From contig NC_068999.1 of the NCBI RefSeq assembly GCF_001194135.2, forward strand, positions 34,172,888-34,236,887: a DNA stretch of 64,000 nucleotides. The letters are read 5' to 3'. The stretch is from Octopus bimaculoides. Taxonomy: Eukaryota. Below the pieces are notes generated by a model. The model was not told the origin of the DNA and made no database searches. It saw only the letters and a program-made list of their open reading frames with translations. Below are positions 24,786-36,682 of the stretch, one piece after another. The translations under genes were made by a program, and so were the position numbers. Within the stretch, counting starts at the first letter, position 1; each line of letters begins with the position of its first letter.

Positions 24786-24929
24786 TGAAGGAATACGGGA
24801 AAAGCGTTCCATACCACTAAACCAAGTGACTTCTCTGAACATGTTCGATGTATTCTAAGGCTAAATAGTAATTCTGGTTGGATTATATAGTTATCGGTTT
24901 TACACTTCTTTCTATATATTGTAACTGTT

Positions 24930-25140
24930 GCAGTATACCTTAGGCCCAAGTCTTGAAATTTTTGTAGAGAGGGAGCCAGTCGATTAGATCGACCCCAGTA
25001 CGCAGCTGGTACTTAATTTATCGACCCCCGAAAGGATGAAGGACAAAGTTGACCTCGGCAGGATTTGAACTCAGAACATAATTACAGACGAAATACCACT
25101 AGGCATGCCCGGCATGCTAACAATTCTGCCCTCTCGCCTC
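24930..25140 (-). mobile_element. SINE family A, full length
   Basis: CTGGTACTTAATTTATCGACCCCGAAAGGATGAAGG..GATTTGAACTCAGAAC. Confidence 0.8.
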
Positions 25141-25250
25141 CTTTAACGATCACAATATAGAAACATTTCTCATGGCGCCAGCACACAATTTACAGATGTT
25201 TACATTCTTTATATCTTCACGAGTCCAGCTAGTTATTATTATTATTATTA

Positions 25251-25334
<84 letters not shown>

Positions 25335-25335
<1 letters not shown>

Positions 25336-25942
25336 GTTGTTGTTTTTTCCTTCTTTCTTCAAATTTTATTCCATTTCTCGCCGAGTGTTTTCCGTACACC
25401 TAGGGCAGAGAAGCTCATTGTATGCATTCCCAGTTTACACACGCAAATTCACAGGTAAAATATGTATTTTAAAAAAATTAATAAATAAATAAATTCATGA
25501 ATGGATGTTGTTTTCATAGCGATAATGCTCTTCTCAGTACATGAGTCGTTCCAGTTAACACGATTTGTTGCACTTCCTGTAGGGACGGTAAGCCTGGTAT
25601 CATTTTCAAATAGGTTTCAGTACCTTTTTTTTTTATCATTCCTAGAGATCCTACAATCACTGGTACGGTAGTCGCCTTGAGATACCACATTTTTTCAGTT
25701 TCTTTTAGCAAGTCTTTATATTTACTGATCTTGTCAAATTCTTTCGCCGCTATATTGTGATCGCAAGGAATACTCATGTCAATTAAAAAAACAGATCTTT
25801 TTTGTCTGATCTTTTATAATAATATCCGGTTTATTAGCTTTTAAAGTTTTGTCGGTATGTACGGGGAAGTTGCAGAGAATCGACACATTTTCTCCCTCAG
25901 TCACAGCTTCAGGATGGTGTTTATACCATTGAACTCACATAT
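25335..25942 (-). mobile_element. R4/Dong-type LINE 3' end (REL-1): REL endonuclease, 3'UTR and (AAT)n tail
   Basis: WYKHHPE..VHTDKTLKANKPDIIIKD..FLIDMSIPCDHNIAAKEFDKISKYKDL..VPVIVGSLG..LRRAL*. The UTR runs into (TAA)n at 25233-25335. Confidence 0.85.
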
Positions 25943-26331
25943 GATGTGTGCAGTGTCTAGTAGTGCTATTTTCTGTATGTTATTTATATATATTTATTAG
26001 TCCCGGTGTCTTTGTTATGTATTTGTCTGAATATTTTTTTTATCATGCCTAATGCGCCTATTATGATAGGAAATATTTCTGTTTTTAGATTCCACAGTGG
26101 AGTTACTTCTATTTCCATGTCTTTGTATTTTGAAAGTTTCTCAATTTCTTTTAGAGATACGTTGGAATCGATACATCAATTAGAAAGCATTTTTTTCTTC
26201 ATGATCTTTGACAACTATATCCGGCCTATTGACCTTAATTTTTCTATCTGTGTGTATTGGCATATCCCATACTATGGTTGCTTTCTCATTTTCTGTGACC
26301 TTTTCTGGAGTGTGCCTATACCATCTTTTTT
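25943..26331 (-). mobile_element. Second, divergent REL endonuclease segment (REL-2)
   Basis: KRWYRHTPEKVTENEKATIVWDMPIHTDRKIKVNRPDIVVKD..IDVSIP..EKLSKYKDMEIE..PIIIGALG..TAHI; no UTR. Confidence 0.8.
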
Positions 26332-26748
26332 CTAGGGCTCCGACAATTATTGGTAGTACTGCTACCTTTTTCATCGACCACAACTGCTTAACTTCCCAAG
26401 CTAACCTGACATATCTCACGACTTGTTTTTCTTCCCTATCGCATACCTTGTTGTCAGCTGGGCATGCTATATCTATAATCCAGCATAGTTTGTTTTCTTT
26501 CTCAATTAAGATTGTCTGGCTTCCTATTCTCTATCTCATGATCGCACTGAATCTTAAAATCCCAAGGGATCTTTGCATTTCTATTTTCGACGATGCCTTC
26601 GGGTTTGTGGTCGTACCGATTTTTTGCTCTGTCAAGTCTATACTTGTTGCAAAGTGTCCAATGGAGAGGCCTGGCTATATTGTCGTGGCGTCTCTTATAT
26701 ACCTTCTGGGCTAGTGGCTTACATTAGCTGGTAATATCCCATACGGTT
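26332..26748 (-). mobile_element. Third, divergent CCHC-end plus REL segment (REL-3)
   Basis: ETVW.ITS.CKPLAQKVYKRRHDNIAR..WDFKIQCDHEIENRKPD..CWIIDIACPADNKV..PIIVGAL; no UTR. Confidence 0.8.
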
Positions 26749-26800
26749 TCATCTTCTTCTTCTTCTTCTTCTTCTTCTTCTTCTTCTTCTTCTTCTTCTT

Positions 26801-26910
26801 TGCCTTTCATCCTTTTGGGGTAGATAAATTAAGTACCAGTGAAACACTGGGGTCGATGTAATCGACTTATCCTCTCCCCCAAAATTACTGCCCTTGTGAT
26901 AAAATTTGAA
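26801..26910 (+). mobile_element. SINE family A 3' half, between (TTC)n and (ATT)n
   Basis: TGCCTTTCATCCTTTTGGGGTAGATAAATTAAGTACCAG..AAAATTTGAA. Confidence 0.75.
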
Positions 26911-26941
26911 GTTATTATTATTATTATTATTATTATTATTT

Positions 26942-26990
<49 letters not shown>

Positions 26991-27201
26991 GGCGGCGAAC
27001 TGGCAGAATCGTTAGCACGCCAGGCCAATTGCTTAGTGGTATTTCGCCCGTCGGTCCTTTCTGAGTTCAAAGTCCACCGGGGTCGATTTTGTCTTTCATC
27101 CTTTCAGGGTCGATTAAATAAGTACCAATTGGACACTGGGGTCAATGTACTCGACTAATCCCCTCCACCAAAATGGCTGTCTTGTGGCAAAATTTGAAGC
27201 C
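26991..27201 (+). mobile_element. SINE family A, full length
   Basis: GGCGGCGAACTGGCAGAATCGTTAGCACG head through AAAATTTGAAGCC. Confidence 0.85.
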
Positions 27202-27231
27202 TTTATTATTTCTATGATTATTTGCAGTCCT

Positions 27232-28175
27232 GGATCAAGTGCAAACCATGAAAGAGCGCTTGGCACCTAGAGTGTCGGCAAGCGCTCACGGCATTCTGCC
27301 AGTAGGACAACGCGGTCGGTGGAAGTTTCACCATGTAGTTTTATAGAGGATTAGTGGAGGAAAAGAGCGACAATGTCCTCGGGGAAGCTCTGAGCGTCGA
27401 GAGGGACCAATTAACTGGTCTTTTCCGGAGGAGTTTCGGGCCAGGGCCTATGGATAACTTCTAGAAATCTCTGGCCTGGCAGTGCTACGGAAGTGCTGTT
27501 AGACGGACCTGTCCCAGGTGTGCGCAGGGCGATGGAACCCTCTTGCATGCACTCGTCCAGTGTCCATGCATTACTGACATGTTGAGCTTTGTCGAACAGC
27601 TGCTATTACATGTAGGACGGATCCGGTTATCAGCCGAGTCCATCTTGAAGATCGCCCTGCCGCCTTCTTTTGGCCGAGAAGGAAAGGCAGCCTTCCTCTA
27701 CATGGTGGCTATAGCAAAAGAGGTTGTGGGGTTGACGAGGTTGAAAGGGCTGAAGACAGACATTTTCCTCTTCGACCGAGCCCTCATCGACCTTTTCAAG
27801 TTCCACTTGAGAAGGAAGGTGGAGAGTAGAGAGGGCAGTACTGCTCTCCAGTAAGTTTGTTAAAAGGTGGGTGAATGTTACGATAATGGCTCGTGTGCAT
27901 GGGTCTACTCATATTCGTCTGTCAGCCGAAGCTGTTGAGGGGAAGAGGGGAGCCTACCTGGCGTGCCCTTGGCAGTCGGGCTGACCAGGATGTGTGGAGT
28001 GCCCTGGTTGGAACTCTGCCCTATTGGGGTGTATTTGGTTGTTTAATTTTTTTTGTTCATTGTTTTTTTGTTTTTATTGTTCACACGTTTTTCTGTTTGA
28101 AACCCCACTTGTCCCTTGTTTTGATTGTCCCTATATGTTTTTTGTGTTCGTCCCTTGTGGCCAATAAAGCAAGAA
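27232..28175 (+). mobile_element. L1/Tx1-clade LINE 3' end, copy 3
   Basis: C-x2-C-x8-H-x4-C knuckle RTCPRCAQGDGTLLHALVQCP, then ORF 27543-27854. Ends CCCTTGTGGCCAATAAA plus (ATT)n. Confidence 0.75.
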
Positions 28176-28231
28176 TTATTATTAGTAGTATTATTATTAT
28201 CATTATTATTATTATTATTATGATTATTATG

Positions 28232-28279
<48 letters not shown>

Positions 28280-28302
28280 GTTGTTGTTGTTGTTGTTGTT
28301 GC

Positions 28303-28365
<63 letters not shown>

Positions 28366-28834
28366 CATTGTTGATGTTGTTTCTGTTGCTGTTGCTGTTG
28401 TTGATATGTTTTATTGCTTTAATTCTTACATAGCAGCCATTCCTTCAGTATTGTGGTATGGCGCCGTCTTGGTGAGACAACACCTCCCTCGTCGTCACAC
28501 CTCCTTCCTGAGGTGCCTCCCACTCCCCTTTATCTACAATACCGTGAAACTGCATTTATTTATTTATTTATTTATTTATTCATTTCAATATTTCCAACCA
28601 CCGTCACCATTACTACAGCTATTACAACCACCACCGCCATTGTTTCGCTCACATCATCACCACTAACCATCGCCATCACCGTCAGTGAATTAAAAAAATT
28701 TCATCACCATCACATAAACGCGCAATCATCATCATCATCATCATCGTCGTCGTCGTCGTCGTCATCATCATCATCATCATCATCATCATCGTCGTCGTCG
28801 TCGTCGTCCTCCACCTCCTCCTCCTCCTCTTCCC

Positions 28835-28880
<46 letters not shown>

Positions 28881-29265
28881 GCCATTATCATCGCCATCAT
28901 CACCGTCGTTGTCGTCATCCTCTTCTTCATCATCATCATCACCACCACCACCACCAGTGCTGTCATCACCGCCACCAACACCACTACCACCACCACCACC
29001 ACCATCATCATCGTCATCATCGTCATCATCAGAAAATAGCTAAAGCTATTATCAGTCTCACAGCCACACGAACCATCTCCATACCACCACCGCAACTGCC
29101 ACCAGCAGTACAAACACTACCAACAACAATAACAATATATCACCACTACTATTACCATTACCCACCAGCCACTAATCACTGCTATCAGCGCCATCACAGC
29201 CATCATCGTCTCTAGTTGCATCTATTACATATACACATATATTATTATTATTACATATACACATA

Positions 29266-29297
<32 letters not shown>

Positions 29298-29410
29298 TAG
29301 ATGTCTGTGTGTGTGTGTGTGTGTATCATTATATATGTATATATATGTACGTACATATGTATATAAACACACATTATATAACCTCAATTCGCTCCACCAC
29401 CACCACCACC

Positions 29411-29469
<59 letters not shown>

Positions 29470-29480
29470 AGCGTTATAAC
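28176..29480. repeat. 1.3-kb compound trinucleotide tract (ATT/GTT/CAT/CGT/CAC/TAC)
   Basis: Directly visible. It is the source of the poly-I/S/P/T ORFs. Confidence 0.9.
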
Positions 29481-30262
29481 AACACTGTATAACAACTGCT
29501 ATATTTCACGCTGTTGACTTCACTACAATAGAAACCACTTTGCGAGTTGATTACACATTTCCTGCTGAATGCTTGTTTATAACATAACACTAACCTTTCA
29601 CACCCTCCGCCCTCCATATCACCCTCTTTCTCTCTCTCACTCTCTTGCTCTTTCTCTCCCCATCTTTTTACCCTTGTCCATGCTCCTTCATTCTCTCCCT
29701 TCCTCTCCTTTAACTCTCTATACGTCTCTATCTATCTAATTACACATTTCCTACTCTATGCCGGTTTTATAATTTAAAAACAACCTTTGGGACATCTTGT
29801 CTTCTCTCCATTTCTTTCTTTCTCTATCATGCTTGCGTTCCCCCTGCTTCAGTATGTTATTTCCAGTTGTCTGTCAGTCTCTTTCCCTTCGCTCTTTCTC
29901 TCACTCTCTCTCTGTCTCTCTCTCGCTCTCTCAATATATNNNNNNNNNNNNNNNNNNNNNNNNNNNNNNNNNNNNNNNNNNNNNNNNNNNNNNNNNNNNN
30001 NNNNNNNNNNNNNNNNNNNNNNNNNNNNNNNNNNNNNNNNNNNNNNNNNNNNNNNNNNNNNNNNNNNNNNNNNNNNNNNNNNNNNNNNNNNNNNNNNNNN
30101 NNNNNNNNNNNNNNNNNNNNNNNNNNNNNNNNNNNNNNNNNNNNNNNNNNNNNNNNNNNNNNNNNNNNNNNNNNNNNNNNNNNNNNNNNNNNNNNNNNNN
30201 NNNNNNNNNNNNNNNNNATATATATATATATATATATATACATACATTTATATATATATACA

Positions 30263-30478
30263 TATTGGTTTCAAACTTTGACACAAGACCAGCGGTTTTA
30301 AGGGAGGGGCTAAATCGATTAAATCGACCACAGTGCTCAACTGGTACTCATTTTATTAAATACAAAAGCATAAAAATCAAAGTCAACCCCAGCAGAATTT
30401 TGAACTGAGAACGTAAAAGTGGACGAAATGCTGCCAAGCATTTTGTCCGGTTTGCTAACAATTCTGCCTGCTCACCGA
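30263..30478 (-). mobile_element. SINE family A
   Basis: GGTTTCAAACTTTGACACAAG..GAATTTTGAACTGAGAACG..GCTAACAATTCTGCC. Confidence 0.75.
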
Positions 30479-30559
30479 ATTATCCATATACACATATTTA
30501 ACTCTCTTATCCATTTCTGTTGTTTAGCTTTCTTCCATACAAGCGTTGTCCCTTGATCT

Positions 30560-31740
30560 ATTTCTGTCGGTTTGTCTTTCCAGGTTTTTCCAATCCTTCC
30601 TTCTCCGTTCAACGAATAATCATTCCCAAATATCACTAAATACTTTGCAAGGCGTATAAACGTTACAGTATATCACCATTGTACTTGAAACCTTATCACC
30701 ATCTACGTTATCAATGGTGTGGTTACAGCTATGTTGTCAATGAAACAGATGAAGCGACGCTGCACATTTTCGTTTTGTTCGTGAGTTGAAAACAAGCTGG
30801 GATCTGTTTGTTTCACATCCTTCCCATCTGAATGAATAAAATGTGTAGCAGTCATATAATACTGCCAATTTAATCCTCTATAAACCTATTTTCTGTGGCA
30901 ATATAAGAAAGTAATATAGCTTGTAATGAATTAAAACTTGTATGATAAAATTTTAAGAGTACAAATTTTCTCAGTTGATAGAATTTTATGTTGAGAAAAT
31001 TGTGCTTCGATATGCTTTGGAGAACAAATATACTATCACTGGGCGTTCTCACAAAAATCACACAAATAAAATGTGAGAGACTTTACAAATCACTTAAAAT
31101 TTCACACGTTAATGTAGTTCTAGCGTTTGACGCTGCTGATCTTACTATGGATAGAGGCCAAATAGTACAAGCTGGCTGAATAATGTTGAATGGACAGCAT
31201 ATATTATGTTGTGGACTGCAATTTATGGAAGAGAGAAAGGATGTAAATGTAGGGGAAGATTAAATATTTACTAGGTTGTCATCCATCGCTGTGCTGCCGG
31301 TACAAATTTTTGTCAATCATGCACGTCGTTGGCACTACGTCGCTTACGACGTCGAGAGTTCCAGTTGATCCGATCAGCGGAACAGCCTGCTCGTGAAATT
31401 AACGTGCAAGTGGCTGAGCACTCCACAGACACGTGTACTCTTAAGGTAGTTCTCGGGGATATTCAGCGTGATACAGTGTGACTAGGCTGACCCTTTGAAT
31501 TACAGGCACAACAGAAACAGGAAGTAAGAGTGAGAGAAAGTTGTGGTGAAAGAGTAGAGCAGGGTTCGCCACCATCCCCTGCCGGAGCCTCGTAGAGCTT
31601 TAGGTGTTTTCACTCAATAAACACTCACAACGCCCGGTCTGGGAATCGAAACCGCGATCTTATGACCGCGAGTCCGCTGCCCTAACCACTGGACCATTGC
31701 GCCTCCATTATCATGCACGTACCTACATGCATTGCTCAAA
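30560..31740 (+). mobile_element. Probable highly decayed piggyBac-type transposase, interrupted by SINE C
   Basis: Motif order judged by eye across frameshifts: SFSV.E.IIP (cf. LSIDE.MIP), NFMLRKLCFDMLWRTNILSLGVL (cf. DNFF..L...G..A.GT) and FVNHARTYM (cf. V..YN.YMGGVD). Confidence 0.4.
31327..31709 (-). mobile_element. tRNA-derived SINE family C, full length with 11-bp TSD
   Basis: Head GGAGGCGCAATGGTCCAGTGGTTAGGGC (A box) and GGTTTCGATTCCC (B box). ATCATGCACGT at 31316-31326 and 31710-31720. Confidence 0.9.
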
Positions 31741-31855
31741 GTAAAAGTAATTTTTTAAAGACTGTGTTGCGTAGTCTATATGTTGAAACACACACACACA
31801 ACCCCAAAATAACTATATGTATTGTATATGTATACATATAGCCTTTAATTAAGTC

Positions 31856-32308
31856 TGTGTTGCGTTAAAACGGGAACTTTTGAGCTGCTTTTCTATCTTG
31901 GGGACGAGATGGAAGTCCGCAGTTGCTAAATCTGGCGAAGAAGGCTTGTGCGGAAGAGATACCATGTGGCTTTTGGCGAGAAACCCACGAGTGAGGAGAG
32001 CTCGGTGAAGAATCCAATTCTTCGCGCTCTGTTAAGTCTCAAGCTACTGCTATCTAGCACCTTCGGATGATCTCTACTCAACCACTACACAACTGCTACT
32101 CGACTGCTACTCGACGGCTACTCAGCCCTCTACCACGGCCAGACTACCTCTATTTACATGTCTTGGGAGATCCTACTTCTTCGCCGGGGGCGTCGACACA
32201 ACACGCTCTATAGACCCAGTGGCTTTCGCCCAATGCCCTCCCTCAAAATTTTTGATACCACCTCGTGTGTATAAGTCATTCAATAAACTTAACAAAATTG
32301 ATCATACA
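31856..32308. repeat. GC-richer unclassified segment, weakly solo-LTR-like
   Basis: TG...CA ends possible, AATAAA at 32282, three tandem 11-mers ACTGCTACTCG at 32092-32124. No TSD found. Confidence 0.25.
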
Positions 32309-32594
32309 ATGAGTTGTGATGAAAGGTGAATCCAACTGTTTCGGAATGGTCTCCTTGTCACAAAATCGATATATATTCTAGTTTTAAAATAAAAGGGCGT
32401 TGAAGAAATTTGGTCCTCAGCACAAATATAATCTTAGATGAGTAAAGGAAATTGATAGAATTATGAATCTTTGAAGCAGTTCCGTTAATCAATCTAAAGC
32501 TGAAATTTTGTACTGGAACAAAACAGAATAACAACCCTGTCCGCTTAAAACTATGCCAAAAGCTTATCTTTGTCAATCACTTCCAGCATAGAGA

Positions 32595-32760
32595 CTAAAC
32601 GATTGGAAGGGAGGATATGTTTCATGAGATCGATCCAGAATACGACTGGTATTTATTTTACCGAGCTTGAAAGGATGAAAGGTAAAGTTAGCTATGTTGA
32701 AATTATAATTTAGAAAATAAAAAAAAAGGTTAAATACCGTAAAGCATATAATACGTCTCA
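32595..32760 (-). mobile_element. SINE family A, decayed
   Basis: GACTGGTATTTATTTTACCG..GAAAGGATGAAAGG. Confidence 0.55.
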
Positions 32761-33793
32761 ATGTTGTTTAATCTGGCTTTTTACTGTTTCTGAAATACCA
32801 GTGTTTTATCTGACTGTTGAAAAACTGATGAAATGTCTCCAATTTTACAAATTCACTCATTATTAAATTGAGCATGGGAATGGGATGTATTTATTACGGA
32901 TGAGTTCATAATAAGAGCGAAACGTTTGAGACTTCTGAGTTTGCCGAAATGATTTTTAAAAGTTCATAATTACCTAATATTGCATTTTCCTCCCTACGAG
33001 AATAATTTCAATTTCCTTTATACTGTTTTGTGAATGAAATAAGTTAGTCCTGGCTTAATTATTGTTTTGAACGTTAATAGCATGTCTAAATGATTTATTC
33101 TCTGAACTCTTCTATTTTTCAGCCTTAACAGATTTAGTACTTTTCTCATTATTACTCGGCCAAAATACGCAAAGTCTACGTTTTGCTACTGATGTCAGAA
33201 TAATACATAAACATCTACAGTTGTCTTCCCTTCATAACGAAGTAACTGAAATATCAATCATTGCCTAATATTGTTATTTGTTGCTTTTTTTACCTCTTAA
33301 TTATTTCTGTTGAACTTTTTAATCTTCATTAAAGATAAACACTATGCATAATTGTATAGTTTCATTAGATGAAGCTTTTATAAATATTTTTCATGCGAAT
33401 GAACATGAAGCCTGTCACCTCTTCCCAGTATGTCTTTATTGTGTTCACTGAAATACAATTCACTGATTTTCTGACAATATTCTAATGGCCGCTCCACTGG
33501 TTGGCTGTCGACACAAACATTAGACTGTGATATCCTTTCAAACCTGATTATAAATATTGTTTTTGTTTTTCACTTGGTGCTAACAATTCTCTTCATTGCA
33601 ATGTCCTTTATTTACTGAACAAATGATCTATTTCTTTGTTTGTTTGTTTGTTTGTTTGTTTGTTTGTTTGTTTCTTTCTTTCTTTCTCACACACGCATAC
33701 ACAAACACACCACACATACGCACACGCACACGCACACATACGCATACGCACACATACGAACACGCACACATACGCACACGCACACATACGAAC

Positions 33794-33824
<31 letters not shown>

Positions 33825-34399
33825 TGTATGTATGTATGTATGTATGTATATATATATATANNNNNNNNNNNNNNNNNNNNNNNNNNNNNNNNNNNNNNNN
33901 NNNNNNNNNNNNNNNNNNNNNNNNNNNNNNNNNNNNNNNNNNNNNNNNNNNNNNNNNNNNNNNNNNNNNNNNNNNNNNNNNNNNNNNNNNNNNNNNNNNN
34001 NNNNNNNNNNNNNNNNNNNNNNNNNNNNNNNNNNNNNNNNNNNNNNNNNNNNNNNNNNNNNNNNNNNNNNNNNNNNNNNNNNNNNNNNNNNNNNNNNNNN
34101 NNNNNNNNNNNNNNNNNNNNNNNNNNNNNNNNNNNNNNNNNNNNNNNNNNNNNNNNNNNNNNNNNNNNNNNNNNNNNNNNNNNNNNNNNNNNNNNNNNNN
34201 NNNNNNNNNNNNNNNNNNNNNNNNNNNNNNNNNNNNTATATATATATATATATGTACGCTTTGTATAGAGCTAACGTATTGTAAATTTAAAACAGAACAT
34301 GAATGATCTTTTAACACCTTCGTTACTTTTGGGACAACCTGTACACACGCACGTGTGTTTGCGTGCATGCATGCACGTATTAATCGATATTAATCTAAC

Positions 34400-34433
34400 C
34401 AGTCGCCATTTTTTCCTCCATAACCGCCATCTT
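34400..34433 (-). promoter_or_regulatory. Paired YY1-type motifs and candidate first coding exon (MAVMEEKMAT)
   Basis: On the minus strand: AAGATGGCGG-TTATGGAGGA-AAAAATGGCGACTG|gttaga. Confidence 0.25.
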
Positions 34434-34610
34434 TCAAGTGTGCAGAGTTACATAATCGAGTCGATCTCAAACACCCCATCGAACCCCTTATGCAAAACCG
34501 ATTAGTAAAATAGGACCGTAATGGATATATAATACTGTATATATGTGTGATTGTGTGAGCGTGTGTGTGTGTGTGTGCATGTGCTAGATATACACACACA
34601 TACACGTATG

Positions 34611-34641
<31 letters not shown>

Positions 34642-34683
34642 ATGTATATGCACATGCGCACGCACACACACACACAAACTTAT

Positions 34684-35386
34684 ATATTGACTTGTCAGAT
34701 AGATTCTTTCGTTTTTTCCCACTGTTATATGAAGCAATACGAAAAGTAGCTTTATCGAAGTGTTTAATGCTTTGGTTTTGGTAGCTCTATTCTTCCTTTA
34801 CGATTTTTGTTTATCGTTTGTGAAATTTGAATAATTTTTACCTTGCTTCAAGCATATGAAAATAGAGTGCCAAGTGGAACCAAAAATTAGTATTTCCGAC
34901 AACTGCTTCTCATCGCTTCCGGTCAAGGTTCCAATGCTGTCATAGCCGCTCGAAATTACTTAGATGTGTACAGAAAGACGCTATTACTAAACGAAATCCA
35001 TAGAAATGGTTTTGATGCTTCAAAGAAGGGAATTGCTTTGGGTATAAATTTTGTTATAAAAACCAGTTTAACGCAAACTTGTTTAAGAGAAGTTTTTGTG
35101 GAAGCACTTTCCGCTGTCTTTAGCACGATTTATAGGTAATCCGAATAACGCACGAGTTATACGGTAATCCCCATAGAATTTAAGACTTTTAAATGCGATT
35201 TTAACTATTTCCGGATTAGTTTAGGATTCAGAATTCTTATAGAATATCATTTCGTAACTCTTCATTTTCTTCCTCTATTTCGAAAATGGAATATTTTGAC
35301 ATTTGCATTCACACAGATGTCTAGATATTCTCTACATAGAACATTTCAAAAGATACAACTTTGATTTGTTGCTTATGCATCCTAAT
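34684..35386 (+). mobile_element. Internally deleted mariner element with the transposase N-terminus
   Basis: ECQVE..YFRQLLLI..GSNAVIAARN..KWF..FKEGN resembles the mariner HTH start. Degenerate TATT-like ends. Confidence 0.55.
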
Positions 35387-36646
35387 ACAGTCTATTAATT
35401 ATGACTTTGTTTTCGTTGTATTGTAAGCATGCGATACAGAAAATTATGTTTTTTATTTTGTACTTCATATTTTTAACCTTTAATTTCTCTATTCATATAA
35501 TATACTACATAAGTGTGTATGTGGTAATGAAATTAAAGAAATTTATAGAAGGATGTAAGGAGTGATAAATTGATATATAAATGCATATGACCATATGAGT
35601 GTATGTGTATGTGTTTGTACCAGTTTGTAAATATATATAAATATGTTTTTCCTTAATAAACAAAAGTCTTTAGGGTGTATACATTCAACAACATGATACA
35701 GACAGTCTAAGTGTATGTGCACTTGCATGTGTGTGTGTATTTAGATACGATACTGACAACATTATGCAAAACTCAGTGCTTCTATCGGATTTCACGGGTT
35801 CTTCTATTATGCATGTCCTTCAATACGCATCAGTCACGCGATCAACAATTTCTGTGAAACTTTCTGTAGGAATAATGAGGATAATAAAACACTTGTTAAT
35901 TGTACAGTGTTACCGTTACTTACAGCAACAGTTCATAGTCACTATGTTCACTTTGGTGGACGATTTATAGTTTGTCACAGCACATAAAGTTGAATTTGTT
36001 AAGTAATACTCAAATGAAGGACACATATGTGGAAGTATTACGGATGAAAACTATTTTATCCGAGAATACCTATCTTCAATTCTTAATTGCAAAAACAAAG
36101 ACAACAAAAACAAACAACAAATAGAAAAATGAGTCAGCAACGCCATTCTGAAGTTATCAGGAATTTTTAATTCATTGACATTCACAACAGGAGAAAAAAA
36201 AAAACAAAACAAAAGTCTTTCAGATCAAAACGCAAGTCTAAGAAGACAAAATTAAAATGAAAATAATATAATATAATATAATAAAGAAAGAAGGAAAAAA
36301 CAGTAACGTAACATCCGGGCAATATCGTAATGCCAATTCGCTACATCCGGGCAATATCGTAATGCCACCATCAAATAGACCAACAAATGAGTTTGTAGTC
36401 TCTGAGTTAGAAAGTGGTTCAATGGGAAATGGAATAGAAGGGGCTCTGTGATTGGGTGGGAAGGAAGTGGGTTAGAGACGACTACTCTTCTCTTTAGTAT
36501 AGACAGGTTATACACAAGCGTGTGCATATATATATACACACACACACACACACATATGTGGAAATATGTATGTAAAGTGTGTAAATATACAAATATATAC
36601 ATATATGCATACATATGTATGCATATATATATATATATATATTAAG

Positions 36647-36682
<36 letters not shown>

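Noticed and set aside
31600-31709. tRNA gene
   Set aside because: It has A and B boxes but no acceptor-stem closure, and it continues into the SINE body with a TSD. The same applies to the other tRNA-like heads.
33505-33535. miR-2 family seed (TATCACAG, minus strand)
   Set aside because: No complementary arm, and the rest does not match miR-2 sequences I recall.
36311-36367. CRISPR-like repeat
   Set aside because: Only two copies, a 7-bp spacer, eukaryotic context and no cas genes.
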